32,000 nt of DNA from Desulfocapsa sulfexigens DSM 10523 (GCF_000341395.1 NC_020304.1:1680001-1712000); one strand, 5' to 3'; positions 1-9,174 are shown, numbered from the stretch's first letter. Numbers and translations: made by a program. Notes: a model not told the origin generated them from the sequence alone.

Positions 1-1
1 T

Positions 2-298
2 CATAAGAAATGGTGGACTGTTTTTGGACTGTACCTGGTGATGCTGCTTATATCCACGGTTGCAGCTATTCCTCTCGGGTTGGGCCTGATATGGGTTATT
101 CCGATGTACTTTGTTCTTGTCGGTGTCCTTTATGTACATCTTTTTGGTATCGATGAAAGTATTGAAGAAGAGTTGGATGAAGATCCTGAGGAATATTTTG
201 AGGATGATGAAGAAGAGTATGAAGAGAGCTCAGATGATGAGTCTGAAGAACAAGATACTGAGCTGAAGGAGCCTTTCGTGGAGCCGGAAAGTAAATAG
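2..298 (+). CDS. Small membrane protein with very acidic C-terminal tail (5' end outside window)
   Basis: Open frame runs through the window start (HKKWWTVFGLYLVMLLISTVAAIPLGLG...); hydrophobic N-terminal half, then a tail of mostly D/E. Confidence 0.6.
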   Translation, partial: HKKWWTVFGLYLVMLLISTVAAIPLGLGLIWVIPMYFVLVGVLYVHLFGIDESIEEELDEDPEEYFEDDEEEYEESSDDESEEQDTELKEPFVEPESK

Positions 299-363
299 TC
301 TGTTTGTTATGTAGTAGTTCAGGTAGTGTGAAATGGTTGTGCGAGAGCAGCAGGAGATGGAAA

Positions 364-1248
364 ATGCGTTCCCTTAAGGTCCATCTCCTGATGTTTATCT
401 GTGCGGCTATTGTTTCCGGTTCTTTTCCGGTGGTGGCAGCTATCAGTCATGCCCTCGACCCCATCGTTCTCACCCTGATTCGTTTTGCTCTCGCCACCAT
501 CGTTTTTGCCCCAATCGTCTGGGTTCGTTACAGTTTTGTGATCTCTCCCGGGACTTTTTTCCGTTATTCTCTGATTTCTGCCACCCTGGTCTTTTTCTTC
601 TGGTGTATGTTTCTCTCGCTTCGTTATACAACTGCCTTAAGCAGCAGTGCGATTTATACCATCGTTCCTGGTCTGGCCGGTGTCTACGCCATGCTTATCA
701 ACAAGGAAAGACTTGGGAGAGCACGTTTGATAGCTCTTTTTTTAGGAATAGCAGGAGCCCTGTGGATAATTTTTAAAGGGGATGTTGCTTTGCTTGCAGA
801 ATTTTCCTGGAATAGAGGAGATCTGATCTTTCTTGCTGGTTGTTTTTTTGTCGGCCTGTATGGCCCACTGGTTGGCTTGTTTCATCGGGGCGAGCCTATG
901 CTGCAGATGTCCTTCTGGATCATGTTTACCGGTACCTTGTGGTTGCTTCTGCTGGCAGGGTCCAGATTGTCAGATGTCTCCTGGGCTAGTGTTTCCCTAG
1001 AGGTCTGGACCGGTATTGTCTACCTCGCAGTTTTTTCTACCAGCATTACGTTTTTTCTTACACAGTATTCCATTCTCTTTCTTGGTCCCACCCGAGTTAT
1101 GGCATACTCTTATCTCAATCCTGCATTTGTTCTTGTGCTTGACCTGTTTTTTTATGGAACATGGCCGGGAGTGCGAATTCTTCCAGGTGTTCTTATTGTT
1201 TTGGCAGCCATGGTGGTCGTACAGCGGATGAAGTCTCCAGGTAAATAA
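364..1248 (+). CDS. DMT superfamily (EamA-type) transporter
   Basis: About ten hydrophobic segments with EamA-like character; ATG at 364 preceded by AGGAGA, better than the TTG at 304 in the track. Confidence 0.75.
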   Translation: MRSLKVHLLMFICAAIVSGSFPVVAAISHALDPIVLTLIRFALATIVFAPIVWVRYSFVISPGTFFRYSLISATLVFFFWCMFLSLRYTTALSSSAIYTIVPGLAGVYAMLINKERLGRARLIALFLGIAGALWIIFKGDVALLAEFSWNRGDLIFLAGCFFVGLYGPLVGLFHRGEPMLQMSFWIMFTGTLWLLLLAGSRLSDVSWASVSLEVWTGIVYLAVFSTSITFFLTQYSILFLGPTRVMAYSYLNPAFVLVLDLFFYGTWPGVRILPGVLIVLAAMVVVQRMKSPGK

Positions 1249-1367
1249 TACTTTTCTTCTGTTTTAAAAAAAATATTTGTGTTTTGCCCTCTTCAGCACA
1301 TATACTTCAGGTATCTATTTGTTGAGACGGTAAGCGTTGAGTATACATTAAAAATCGGGAGAACAGC

Positions 1368-3512
1368 ATGTTGCGAAAATTTCTACCACAAAGTGTTAAA
1401 TTCAGGCTGCTAGGGTTAATAGGGGTTTCATTCTGTCTCCTGATTGGTGCCACAGTCTTTCTGACGGCAATGGAACGGAAAAAGACATTTCTGCAGGCAG
1501 AGGAGTTACGACTTGAGGCCAGGTATAGCGGGGTGCAAAAGGCATTTGAGGATGAGGCAACCTCTGCAACGGCTATGGCTCTTGTGGTTGCTGCCATGCC
1601 TGATGTTCAGGAGGCATTTTCTTCCCGTAATCGGGAAGAATTGACAGCATTGACTCTTCCTTTTTTTAACAGTCAAAAGGAACGGCTCTCACTGGCGCAG
1701 TTCCAGTTTCACCTTCCACCCGCAACTTCCTTTCTGAGACTTCATAAACCAGAGAAATTTGACGATGATCTTTCTTCTATTCGTCAAACGGTGGTTGAAG
1801 TAAACAGAACCAAAAAGCCAATTTCAGGGATTGAAAAAGGTGTTGCCGGCCTTGGAATAAGGGGAGTGGTTCCTGTAGCAATGAACGGGAGCCATATAGG
1901 CTCCGTGGAGTTTGGCATAAAACTCAATGATGCTCTGCTTATGCCCCTGAAGGAGACCTTGGGGGTTGATATATCAGTGGTTGTCCCCGAGGGGCAGGGG
2001 TTTAAATATCTGGCTAAAACGCACTCTCTGGACATTCCTCAAAAGAGTTTTCCCTGGCTCAGTAAGATGATGAAGGCCGAGGACCTTCAGTTTAAGCAGG
2101 TTCATAAAAATGGCAAAGATTTGATGACCGTTTATGGCCCCCTCAAAGATTACAGTGGGGAAACCATAGGCGTGCTTGCCATTCCAGCAGATATTACTAA
2201 GACCATGGCAGCCATCAGGATGAACGTGTACAAGATGGTTGGTGGTGGCATTGCTGTTCTTCTTGTCACCATGCTTGCAATATATCTGCTGATGAACTCT
2301 CTTATTGTTAATCCGCTAAAGGAGCTGGTTGGAAAATTTCAACTGGCAGGAATGGGTGACCTTACCGTTGATGTTGAGAGTAAAAGGCTCTGTTCGGTCA
2401 ATTGTTCGGAAGAAATGGAATGCGGGAATCCGGAGTGTTCAAGTTATGGGAAGGTTACTAACTGCTGGGAGCAGAGTGGCTCTTTTTCATCGAAGGTGGA
2501 GTGCCCAAAAATTTTAAAGGGAGAGTATAAGAGTTGCCGTGAATGTCGTCTGTATAAAGAAAATGTAATGGATGAGTTTGCAGAGCTTGCTACTACTTTT
2601 AATTCATTTTTGCACAATGTCCGCCGTATGGTCATTGATATTCAGGGAAGTGTTGAGGATACTACAAACGCCTCAGCCGAATTGTCAGCACTCTCGGACG
2701 GTATGCAGAAAGGCGCAGTAGCGGCATCGGAACGGACTAATACCGTTGCCGCTGCAGCTGAAGAGATGAGCGCAAATATGAACTCCGTTGCTGCTGCCAG
2801 TGAAGAGGCCTCTACCAATGTGAACATGGTCGCCACTGCCACGGAAGAGATGACAGCAACTATTTCTGAAATTGCAAAAAACACCGATGAAGCCAGTTCG
2901 ATCGCTACAAAGGCTGTGGCTCAGGCAGCATCTGCCTCTGGAAAAGTTGACGTCCTTGGTGATGCAGCCATTGAGATCAGCAAGGTGACGGAGGTGATTT
3001 CTGATATTTCTGCTCAGACTAATCTTCTGGCATTGAATGCTACCATAGAAGCGGCAAGAGCTGGAGAGGCCGGTAAGGGCTTTGCAGTTGTTGCAAATGA
3101 GATTAAAGAGCTTGCTCGTCAGACCTCAGATGCTACTCAGAAAATCAAACAGCAAATTGAAGGAATACAGAGTTCTACCAATGAGACTGTAACTGAAATA
3201 CGTGATATTACGGATATCATCCATCAGGTTAATGCTATTGTTGGTACAATAGCTACAGCCATTGATGAACAGGCCGCCACCACCGCTGAGATTGGCAGCA
3301 ATGTGCAGCAGGCAGCTCTGGGTATTTCCGAGGTCAATGAAAATGTTGCCCATACATCAACCGTGGCAGGAGAAGTCGCAGGAGATATTAACCGGATAAG
3401 TGCTGTTACAGAAGAGATTATAACCAGTTCCGAGAGGGTCAACGGCAGTGCTGATGCCCTGTCCAAGCTTGCTGGAAAACTTGGAGAGATGATACGTCGT
3501 TTTAAAGTGTAA
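1368..3512 (+). CDS. Methyl-accepting chemotaxis protein with periplasmic cache-like sensor and Cys-rich insert after HAMP region
   Basis: N-terminal TM, periplasmic region, second TM, HAMP-like region, canonical MCP signalling hairpin ([47 protein letters not shown]). Confidence 0.93.
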   Translation: MLRKFLPQSVKFRLLGLIGVSFCLLIGATVFLTAMERKKTFLQAEELRLEARYSGVQKAFEDEATSATAMALVVAAMPDVQEAFSSRNREELTALTLPFFNSQKERLSLAQFQFHLPPATSFLRLHKPEKFDDDLSSIRQTVVEVNRTKKPISGIEKGVAGLGIRGVVPVAMNGSHIGSVEFGIKLNDALLMPLKETLGVDISVVVPEGQGFKYLAKTHSLDIPQKSFPWLSKMMKAEDLQFKQVHKNGKDLMTVYGPLKDYSGETIGVLAIPADITKTMAAIRMNVYKMVGGGIAVLLVTMLAIYLLMNSLIVNPLKELVGKFQLAGMGDLTVDVESKRLCSVNCSEEMECGNPECSSYGKVTNCWEQSGSFSSKVECPKILKGEYKSCRECRLYKENVMDEFAELATTFNSFLHNVRRMVIDIQGSVEDTTNASAELSALSDGMQKGAVAASERTNTVAAAAEEMSANMNSVAAASEEASTNVNMVATATEEMTATISEIAKNTDEASSIATKAVAQAASASGKVDVLGDAAIEISKVTEVISDISAQTNLLALNATIEAARAGEAGKGFAVVANEIKELARQTSDATQKIKQQIEGIQSSTNETVTEIRDITDIIHQVNAIVGTIATAIDEQAATTAEIGSNVQQAALGISEVNENVAHTSTVAGEVAGDINRISAVTEEIITSSERVNGSADALSKLAGKLGEMIRRFKV

Positions 3513-3593
3513 CGTATTTGGCTTTTGGATTTGTTAAAAACGTTTTTTGGACATTGAGGTGGGGATTTTTTTCGTCCTCGGTGAACAGTAATT

Positions 3594-4697
3594 ATGAAGA
3601 AAAAACATCTTGTTCTGGCTGGTGCCGGTCATGCCCATATGGTAACCATGGCTGGCATTGCAGATTTCAGAAGCCTTGGTCATGAAGTGACGGTTGTCGG
3701 TCCATCGGATCATCATTACTATTCAGGGATGGGGCCAGGAATGCTTGGTAGCGGCTATGACCCCGAGGAAATCCGTTTTGCCGTGAGGCGTACTGTTGAA
3801 AGTCAGGGCGGAACCTTTATCCGGGATACGGTAACGGGGGTTGCCCCGGGCAGGCGTGAGTTGCATCTGGAGTCAGGCCAGGTTGTTTCCTATGATGTGC
3901 TTTCCTTTAATACCGGTAGTCATGTGGACATGCCGGATATTCGAGGAAATGCAAACCGAATATTCACCGTTAAACCCATTGAACGCCTGTACCAGGCTCG
4001 GACAGAGATTTTATCTCTGTCGCAACGGCAGGATGTGACCGTTGCTGTAATTGGTGGTGGGCCGGCGGGTGCTGAGGTGGCTGGGAACGTAGCGGAGCTT
4101 CTTGAGAAGACCGATTATCCTGCAAAGGTGTTTTTGTTTGCCGGACGTGGTCTGCTTGCAAAATTTCCTGCGGCTGTGCGCAGCACCAGTCGTGGGATCC
4201 TTACTAAATATGGAGTGGTTATCAGGGAGGAGGGGCATCTGCTGTCTATTACCGATAATCTTCTGCAGTTTGATTCAGGATCGACTGAGCTCGCCGATTT
4301 TGTCATTCTGGCAACTGGGGTACATCCTTCTCCTTTTTTTCGGAAGGCGGGCCTCCGCACAGGAGAAGACGGAGGGCTACTGGTGAACAAATATTTGCAA
4401 TGTCCCGATTATCCAGAAATTTTTGGTGGCGGGGATTGCATCTGGTTTGAGGATCAACCTCTTGCCAAAGTGGGTGTCTATGCGGTACGTGAAAATCCCG
4501 TACTCTTTCACAACCTGAAGGCATTCCTTCAGGGAGATGCACTACAGTCCTTTGATCCCGGTGGGGATTATCTTCTAATTTTTAACCTCGGTCATGGTCA
4601 GGGTGTTTTGCGTAAAAAGTGGTTTCAGATATCGGGGAAAGTTGCGTTCTGGGTTAAAGATTGGATAGACAGGAAATTTATGCGCACTTTTCAGTAA
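3594..4697 (+). CDS. NAD(P)/FAD-dependent oxidoreductase (type-II NADH dehydrogenase / SelD-fusion-type oxidoreductase-like)
   Basis: N-terminal dinucleotide-binding AGAGHAH, second GGGPAGAEVA nucleotide-binding motif, FGGGDC near the C-terminal part. Confidence 0.8.
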   Translation: MKKKHLVLAGAGHAHMVTMAGIADFRSLGHEVTVVGPSDHHYYSGMGPGMLGSGYDPEEIRFAVRRTVESQGGTFIRDTVTGVAPGRRELHLESGQVVSYDVLSFNTGSHVDMPDIRGNANRIFTVKPIERLYQARTEILSLSQRQDVTVAVIGGGPAGAEVAGNVAELLEKTDYPAKVFLFAGRGLLAKFPAAVRSTSRGILTKYGVVIREEGHLLSITDNLLQFDSGSTELADFVILATGVHPSPFFRKAGLRTGEDGGLLVNKYLQCPDYPEIFGGGDCIWFEDQPLAKVGVYAVRENPVLFHNLKAFLQGDALQSFDPGGDYLLIFNLGHGQGVLRKKWFQISGKVAFWVKDWIDRKFMRTFQ

Positions 4698-4744
4698 GAA
4701 CAGGACGTTGTGGGCTTAGTAAGAAAAAAAGAGGGAGAGTTGAA

Positions 4745-5083
4745 ATGAAGGTTGACTGGCTGTATTTCCGTAAAGGTTGAACATCGTGCACTAAAGCCCA
4801 GGGGGCCCTTGAGCTGGCAGATGTGGAGATAGGTGAAATTGCTGATGCGCGAAAAAATGTGATTAAGGCTGATGCTGCCTGGGATATTATAAAGAATATT
4901 AAAACGTTGCATGTTGGAAAGGGTAAGAAAAATGTCGTTTTTGCTCCCGATGCGGATTTCAGAGATGAAATACTGAAGGTTACTCTTGGTCGTACAGGAA
5001 ACCTGAGAGCACCTGCCTTACGTATCGGAAAACGTATGTATGTTGGCTATAATGATACAATGTATGAGGAGTTGATCGGATGA
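4745..5083 (+). CDS. Predicted selenoprotein, ArsC/thioredoxin-fold UxxC family; TGA at 4778-4780 read as Sec
   Basis: ATG 4745, in-frame TGA 4778-4780, then an open frame to 5083: MKVDWLYFRKG-U-TSCTKAQGALELADVEIGEI... The track only reports the part from GTG 4823. UxxC motif after the first beta strand, candidate SECIS immediately downstream. Confidence 0.85.
4791..4813 (+). promoter_or_regulatory. Candidate bacterial SECIS stem-loop for the UGA at 4778
   Basis: CTAAAGCCC-AGG-GGGCCCTTGAG: CCC/GGG pairs, CC bulge, AAG/CTT and CT/AG pairs; apical GG at +21/+22 relative to the UGA. Confidence 0.6.
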
Positions 5084-5892
5084 ATTGGAAAAATCTGTTT
5101 GTCTCAGGGGCGAATATGAGCCCCGATGAAGTGAAGAACTTTATGGCTGAGCACAAGCCAGGGGACTACCAACTGCTCGATGTTCGGCAACCCAAGGAGT
5201 ATGAAAAGGAACATATCCCGGGAGCGCTTCTTATTCCTATAAAAGAGCTGAGAGAGCGTATAGGTGAGTTGGATCCAACGAAACCAACCTTTGTCTACTG
5301 ACATTCCGGAGTACGCAGCAAGGCTGCTGCGCAGTTATTACTGGCCGAGAATTTGCCTCATATTTACAATATGAGTGGCGGTATTATTGCCTATAATGGT
5401 GGGAAAGCTGTTGGTGATGAGGCCTTTGGCATGGAGTTTTTTGTCAGTGGGGAATTCAGCGATGTTTTTCGAATGAGTTACGCCATGGAAGAGGGGCTGC
5501 GGCAACTCTATTTGACCTTGAAGGATCTCTGCGAGGACAAAGAGGTCAAGGACCTTCTCGCCAGGTTGGCGCGGTTTGAAGAAGGGCACAAGGCAAAGTT
5601 AAAAGCCCTCTTTCCTGAGGTGGACGAAAAGGGTGGTGAGAACGACTTGAATACTCTTGAGGGGGGGTACAATAAACAGCAGCTACTCGATCATTTCAAA
5701 TCACGGGTTGTTGCCCAAAATGATGTTATTCAGCTTGGTATGATGCTTGAAACCCAGGCCTATGATTTGTACAGTCGTCTGGCCAAGAAAGCTGAAAATC
5801 CTGAGTCCAAAGAGTTCTTCGAGTTTATGGTTGGTGAGGAAAAACAGCATCTTGTTTTTCTCAGTAATGAGTATGATAAAGTCCTGGGCTAA
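5080..5892 (+). CDS. Predicted selenoprotein: rhodanese domain with Sec at the catalytic position fused to C-terminal ferritin/rubrerythrin-like domain; TGA at 5299-5301 read as Sec
   Basis: Same frame on both sides of the TGA: ...YQLLDVRQPKEYEKEHIPGALLIPIKELRERIGELDPTKPTFVY-U-HSGVRSKAAAQLLLAENLPHIYNMSGGI..., matching the rhodanese YCxSGxRS loop; C-terminal helices carry repeated E...ExxH motifs. Starts in ATGA overlap with the upstream selenoprotein gene. Confidence 0.9.
5314..5331 (+). promoter_or_regulatory. Candidate bacterial SECIS stem-loop for the UGA at 5299
   Basis: Perfect 7-bp stem CGCAGCA-AGGC-TGCTGCG; apical GG at +21/+22 relative to the UGA. Confidence 0.7.
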
Positions 5893-5900
5893 AACCATTT

Positions 5901-5925
5901 ATGCCCGACAGTCTCTGTCGGGCAT
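5901..5925 (+). terminator. Hairpin after the selenoprotein gene pair (possible terminator or mRNA 3' stabiliser)
   Basis: Perfect 11-bp inverted repeat ATGCCCGACAG-TCT-CTGTCGGGCAT just after the stop; only a weak T tract follows. Confidence 0.6.
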
Positions 5926-6174
5926 TCAAAAATCCAGCTCAGTTATTACGTTCCACTGTTGTTCCCTCCGTAGTTTTCATTCTAATAGCTAAAACTAAAT
6001 AAATGCGATTGAGTTCAGGGGGAGCCTGTCCGGTTCTGTGTCAGTATCCCCAGGTTTCTGTGGTATATCTCTCCCTGTTGCCGGGAATATATTTGGTGGG
6101 CGAGCGATTAAAAAAGTCTTGACCTGCTAAGGATTACTACTTACAGTTAGAAATTATTATCGTAAGGAGGGGAT

Positions 6175-6828
6175 ATGCAATTACGAATGACAAACCAGCG
6201 CGAGATGATCCTTCGGGAACTCAAGAAAAGCAAAAAACATCTAACGGCTGATGAGCTATACGAGCGGGTGAAAAAATTTATGCCGCGTATCAGCCTGGCA
6301 ACGGTATACAGGAATCTTGAGATCCTGTCCGATGCTGCAATGATCCGTAAACTTGAGATCAGTGGGCGGCAGAAACGCTTTGACAGTGAACTTGAAGATC
6401 ATGACCACATTTACTGTATCCAGTGTCATCGAATAGAGAATCTGGATATTGGGGAAAATGAGGTGACCCTGGGTGCTGTTGACACAAAGGGCTATGAAAT
6501 CACCGGACGTCGTTTGGAGGTGATTGGTTTGTGTCCCAAGTGTCAGGAAAAACAAACAAAAACAAATATAAAAGCTAAGAAAGGAGAGACTACAATGGCG
6601 TGCGGGTGTAAAAAAGGTGAGTTGAGTGGTGAACAGAAACAGGTCCTTGAGGCAATGGCTAATTGTGAGGGGCCCTGTGCTTCAAAAGATATTGCAACAG
6701 CAACTGGTCTTGAGACTAAACAGGTAAGTTGTCGGATCACAGCGCTCAAGAAAAAAGGATATGTGGACAGTCCGGTACGCTGTAAGTATGGGATTACCAG
6801 TGAAGGCAGGGCTGCCCTTAAGGGTTGA
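6175..6828 (+). CDS. Fur/PerR-family repressor with C-terminal Cys-rich winged-helix extension
   Basis: Fur-family fold (TNQREMILRELKKSKKHLTADELYERVKK...ISLATVYRNLEIL...HDHIYCIQCHRIENL...GLCPKCQ), then about 77 further residues resembling a separate helix-turn-helix domain. Confidence 0.88.
   Translation: MQLRMTNQREMILRELKKSKKHLTADELYERVKKFMPRISLATVYRNLEILSDAAMIRKLEISGRQKRFDSELEDHDHIYCIQCHRIENLDIGENEVTLGAVDTKGYEITGRRLEVIGLCPKCQEKQTKTNIKAKKGETTMACGCKKGELSGEQKQVLEAMANCEGPCASKDIATATGLETKQVSCRITALKKKGYVDSPVRCKYGITSEGRAALKG
6595..6828 (+). other. Possible nested in-frame translation product: stand-alone 77-aa Cys-rich winged-helix protein
   Basis: Internal ATG 6595 preceded by AAGGAG at 6581-6586 (8-nt spacing); encodes MACGCKKGELSGEQKQVLEAMANCEGPCASKDIATATGLETKQVSCRITALKKKGYVDSPVRCKYGITSEGRAALKG. 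Confidence 0.45.
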
Positions 6829-6848
6829 TACGTATTTTAAGGTGTAGC

Positions 6849-7424
6849 ATGAGCAGTTTGAAAGGCAGTAAAACAGAAAAAAACATTCTTGTGGCTTTTG
6901 CCGGGGAATCGCAGGCAAGGAACAGATATTCGTATTATGCCAAGGTGGCTAAAAATGAGGGATATGTTCAGATTTCTGGGATTTTTAGTCGTACCGCAGA
7001 GCAGGAGCGGGCACATGCGAAAACCCTTTTGAAATTTCTTGAAGGCGGTGAGGTTGAAATTACAGCATCCTATCCTGTGACGCCTCCAGGTACTACAGTA
7101 GAGAATCTCCAGAATGCTGCCTCAGGAGAAGAACATGAATATAAAGCCATGTATCCCGAGTTTGCTGCGATTGCAGAAGAGGAAGGTTTTCCTCATGTGG
7201 CTGCAGCCATGCGTTCCATAGCTGTAGCTGAAAAAGAGCACGCAAGGGTTTATCGACGCCTTATTTCAAACATTAAGGCGGGTGCAGTGTTTGAGAGGGA
7301 TGTGGAGGTAACCTGGTATTGCGCAAAATGCGGTTTTGTCCATAGGGGGCTGAAGGCGCCGAAAAAATGTCCTGCCTGTGCCCATTCCCAGGCTTATTTT
7401 GAGATTCTGGTAGATAATATATAA
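6849..7424 (+). CDS. Rubrerythrin
   Basis: Diiron ferritin-like helices (NILVAFAGESQARNRYSYYAKVAK; EKEHARVYRRL) plus C-terminal rubredoxin-like WYCAKCGFVHRGLKAPKKCPAC; ATG at 6849. Confidence 0.94.
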   Translation: MSSLKGSKTEKNILVAFAGESQARNRYSYYAKVAKNEGYVQISGIFSRTAEQERAHAKTLLKFLEGGEVEITASYPVTPPGTTVENLQNAASGEEHEYKAMYPEFAAIAEEEGFPHVAAAMRSIAVAEKEHARVYRRLISNIKAGAVFERDVEVTWYCAKCGFVHRGLKAPKKCPACAHSQAYFEILVDNI

Positions 7425-7565
7425 GCCTTGTGGAAAGCCTCTTTATTTTTTTTGAAATGTCCCGACAGGGGATTTTCGTCCCACAAAGGGGTATTGAAAA
7501 AAAGTACCGGCTCTCTACGTTGCCGGTGTAAGTAGATTACTAATTAATAAAACTGTTGGAGATAT

Positions 7566-8162
7566 ATGATGAAACCTTTGGTAACCAATGAAGCCCCTGA
7601 CTTTACTGCGACTGCGGTTATGCCCGACAACACCTTTAACGAAGCGTTCAAACTGTCCGATATGCGGGGTAGATATGTACTGCTGTTTTTTTATCCCCTG
7701 GATTTTACCTTTGTTTGTCCGTCCGAAATTCTCGCTTTCAACTCTGCCGTGGAGCAGTTTAAGGAGAAGAATTGTGAAGTAGTCGGGGTTTCCGTTGATT
7801 CGCATTTCAGCCATCTTGCCTGGAAGAATACGCCAATCAACCAGGGTGGTATCGGTAATATTCAGTTTCCTCTGGTTGCTGATCTGGATAAATCTATTTC
7901 TGAAAATTATGGTATTCTCTTTGGTGGCACCATTGCCCTTCGTGGTCTCTATCTGATTGACAAAGAAGGAATTATTCGTCATCAGGTTGTCAATGATCTT
8001 CCCCTTGGCAGAAGTGTTTCCGAGGCCATGCGTATGCTTGATGCAATTCAGTTCGTTGAAGAGCATGGTGATGTCTGTCCTGCTAACTGGAGTAAGGGGG
8101 ATGATGCCATGGTTCCGACGGCAGAGGGTGTTGCTAAATATTTAACCGATCATATTGCGTAG
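7566..8162 (+). CDS. Typical 2-Cys peroxiredoxin (AhpC/Prx family)
   Basis: FYPLDFTFVCPSE peroxidatic site and GDVCPANW resolving-Cys motif. Confidence 0.95.
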   Translation: MMKPLVTNEAPDFTATAVMPDNTFNEAFKLSDMRGRYVLLFFYPLDFTFVCPSEILAFNSAVEQFKEKNCEVVGVSVDSHFSHLAWKNTPINQGGIGNIQFPLVADLDKSISENYGILFGGTIALRGLYLIDKEGIIRHQVVNDLPLGRSVSEAMRMLDAIQFVEEHGDVCPANWSKGDDAMVPTAEGVAKYLTDHIA

Positions 8163-8303
8163 GGTTTTGTTTGGTTGGGTGTTTTTAGATAGATGCAGGA
8201 AGTGCTGGAAAAGCGGTGTTTGAAGCAGTAGACTTGTTTTTGACGGTGTGGGTTCTTTCTCTTTGGATAGAACTGTAACTTTTATCAAAATGGAGGCAGT
8301 ACT

Positions 8304-8678
8304 ATGGCTAAAAAATTAGGTGTATATAAGTGCAATATCTGTGGGAATGTGGCTGAAGTTGTCCACGCTGGAGCAGGGGATATGAGTTGTTGCGGTGCTC
8401 CCATGGAGCTACTCAGTGAAAACAGTGTGGATGCTGCTCAGGAAAAGCATGTTCCTGTGGTTGAGAAAGTTGCGGGTGGTTTTAAGGTAACCGTTGGAAG
8501 TGTTGATCATCCCATGACTGAGGATCATTATATTGAATGGATAGAACTTATTGCCGGTGATTCCTGCTATAGGCAGTTTCTGAATCCTGGTGATGCTCCA
8601 CGGGCTACCTTTCAGGTGGCTGCTGACAGTGCGGTGGCACGAGCTCACTGCAATCTGCACGGTCTCTGGAAGGCATAA
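8304..8678 (+). CDS. dfx: Desulfoferrodoxin (superoxide reductase)
   Basis: N-terminal desulforedoxin knuckle YKCNICGN...[13 protein letters not shown] centre [21 protein letters not shown] and CNLHGLW. Confidence 0.95.
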   Translation: MAKKLGVYKCNICGNVAEVVHAGAGDMSCCGAPMELLSENSVDAAQEKHVPVVEKVAGGFKVTVGSVDHPMTEDHYIEWIELIAGDSCYRQFLNPGDAPRATFQVAADSAVARAHCNLHGLWKA

Positions 8679-8715
8679 AGATAACCCTATAGAAAAAAAT
8701 TTCAGGAACAGGTCG

Positions 8716-9132
8716 ATGTCGTTGCCAGAAGAGATGTATCAGTGTCAAATGGTGAACTGTGGTTACATTTACGATCCGGATAAGGGGGATCGTAAGAGTA
8801 AAATTAAAAAAGGTACGCAGTTTAAAGACCTTCCTGAAGGATGGAGATGCCCTGTTTGTGGGGCAACTGTAAAAGCGTTTAAACCACTGGCAGGACCCGG
8901 TTCAGTGCATGCCGAAAATGCATCTGCAGCTCCTGCCAAGACTGAAACTGAAATAAAAGGAACAGCGAGTGATATGAAAAAGTATAGATGCGATGTTTGT
9001 GGATATATCTACGACCCGGATGTGGGAGATGATGCTGCAGGGATTCCTGCAGGGACATCCTTTGATGACCTGCCCGATGATTATGAGTGTCCTGTCTGCG
9101 GAGCAGGGAAGGACGAATTCAGCGAAGTGTAG
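8716..9132 (+). CDS. Two-domain rubredoxin
   Basis: Two rubredoxin units: [18 protein letters not shown]...WRCPVCGA and [17 protein letters not shown]...[13 protein letters not shown]; ATG at 8716 rather than the upstream start in the track. Confidence 0.92.
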   Translation: MSLPEEMYQCQMVNCGYIYDPDKGDRKSKIKKGTQFKDLPEGWRCPVCGATVKAFKPLAGPGSVHAENASAAPAKTETEIKGTASDMKKYRCDVCGYIYDPDVGDDAAGIPAGTSFDDLPDDYECPVCGAGKDEFSEV

Positions 9133-9145
9133 GAATTTATTTACA

Positions 9146-9174
9146 GGGGCCTCCATCATGGTGGCCCCTTTTTT
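9146..9174 (+). terminator. Rho-independent terminator
   Basis: GGGGCCTCCAT...ATGGTGGCCCC followed by TTTTTT. Confidence 0.75.

Noticed and set aside
4778-4780. In-frame TGA as evidence of a pseudogene or sequencing error
   Set aside because: The frame on both sides encodes one coherent domain, the TGA replaces the N-terminal Cys of a CxxC motif, and a downstream hairpin has SECIS geometry; Sec is the better reading.
5299-5301. TGA as true stop giving a 73-aa truncated rhodanese plus a separate ferritin-like gene at 5353
   Set aside because: The rhodanese active-site loop continues directly after the TGA (HSGVRSKAAAQLL), and the downstream ORF lacks a proper start or RBS at 5353.
5930-6165. 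Possible small RNA in the intergenic region before the PerR-like gene
   Set aside because: No clear promoter-hairpin-T-tract combination could be identified by eye, so no feature is claimed.
7515-8066. 183-aa minus-strand ORF antisense to peroxiredoxin
   Set aside because: Fully explained by the strong, motif-supported plus-strand prx; no recognisable domain.
7566-8162. Peroxiredoxin considered as a third selenoprotein
   Set aside because: The peroxidatic residue is encoded as Cys (FVCPSE) with no in-frame TGA.
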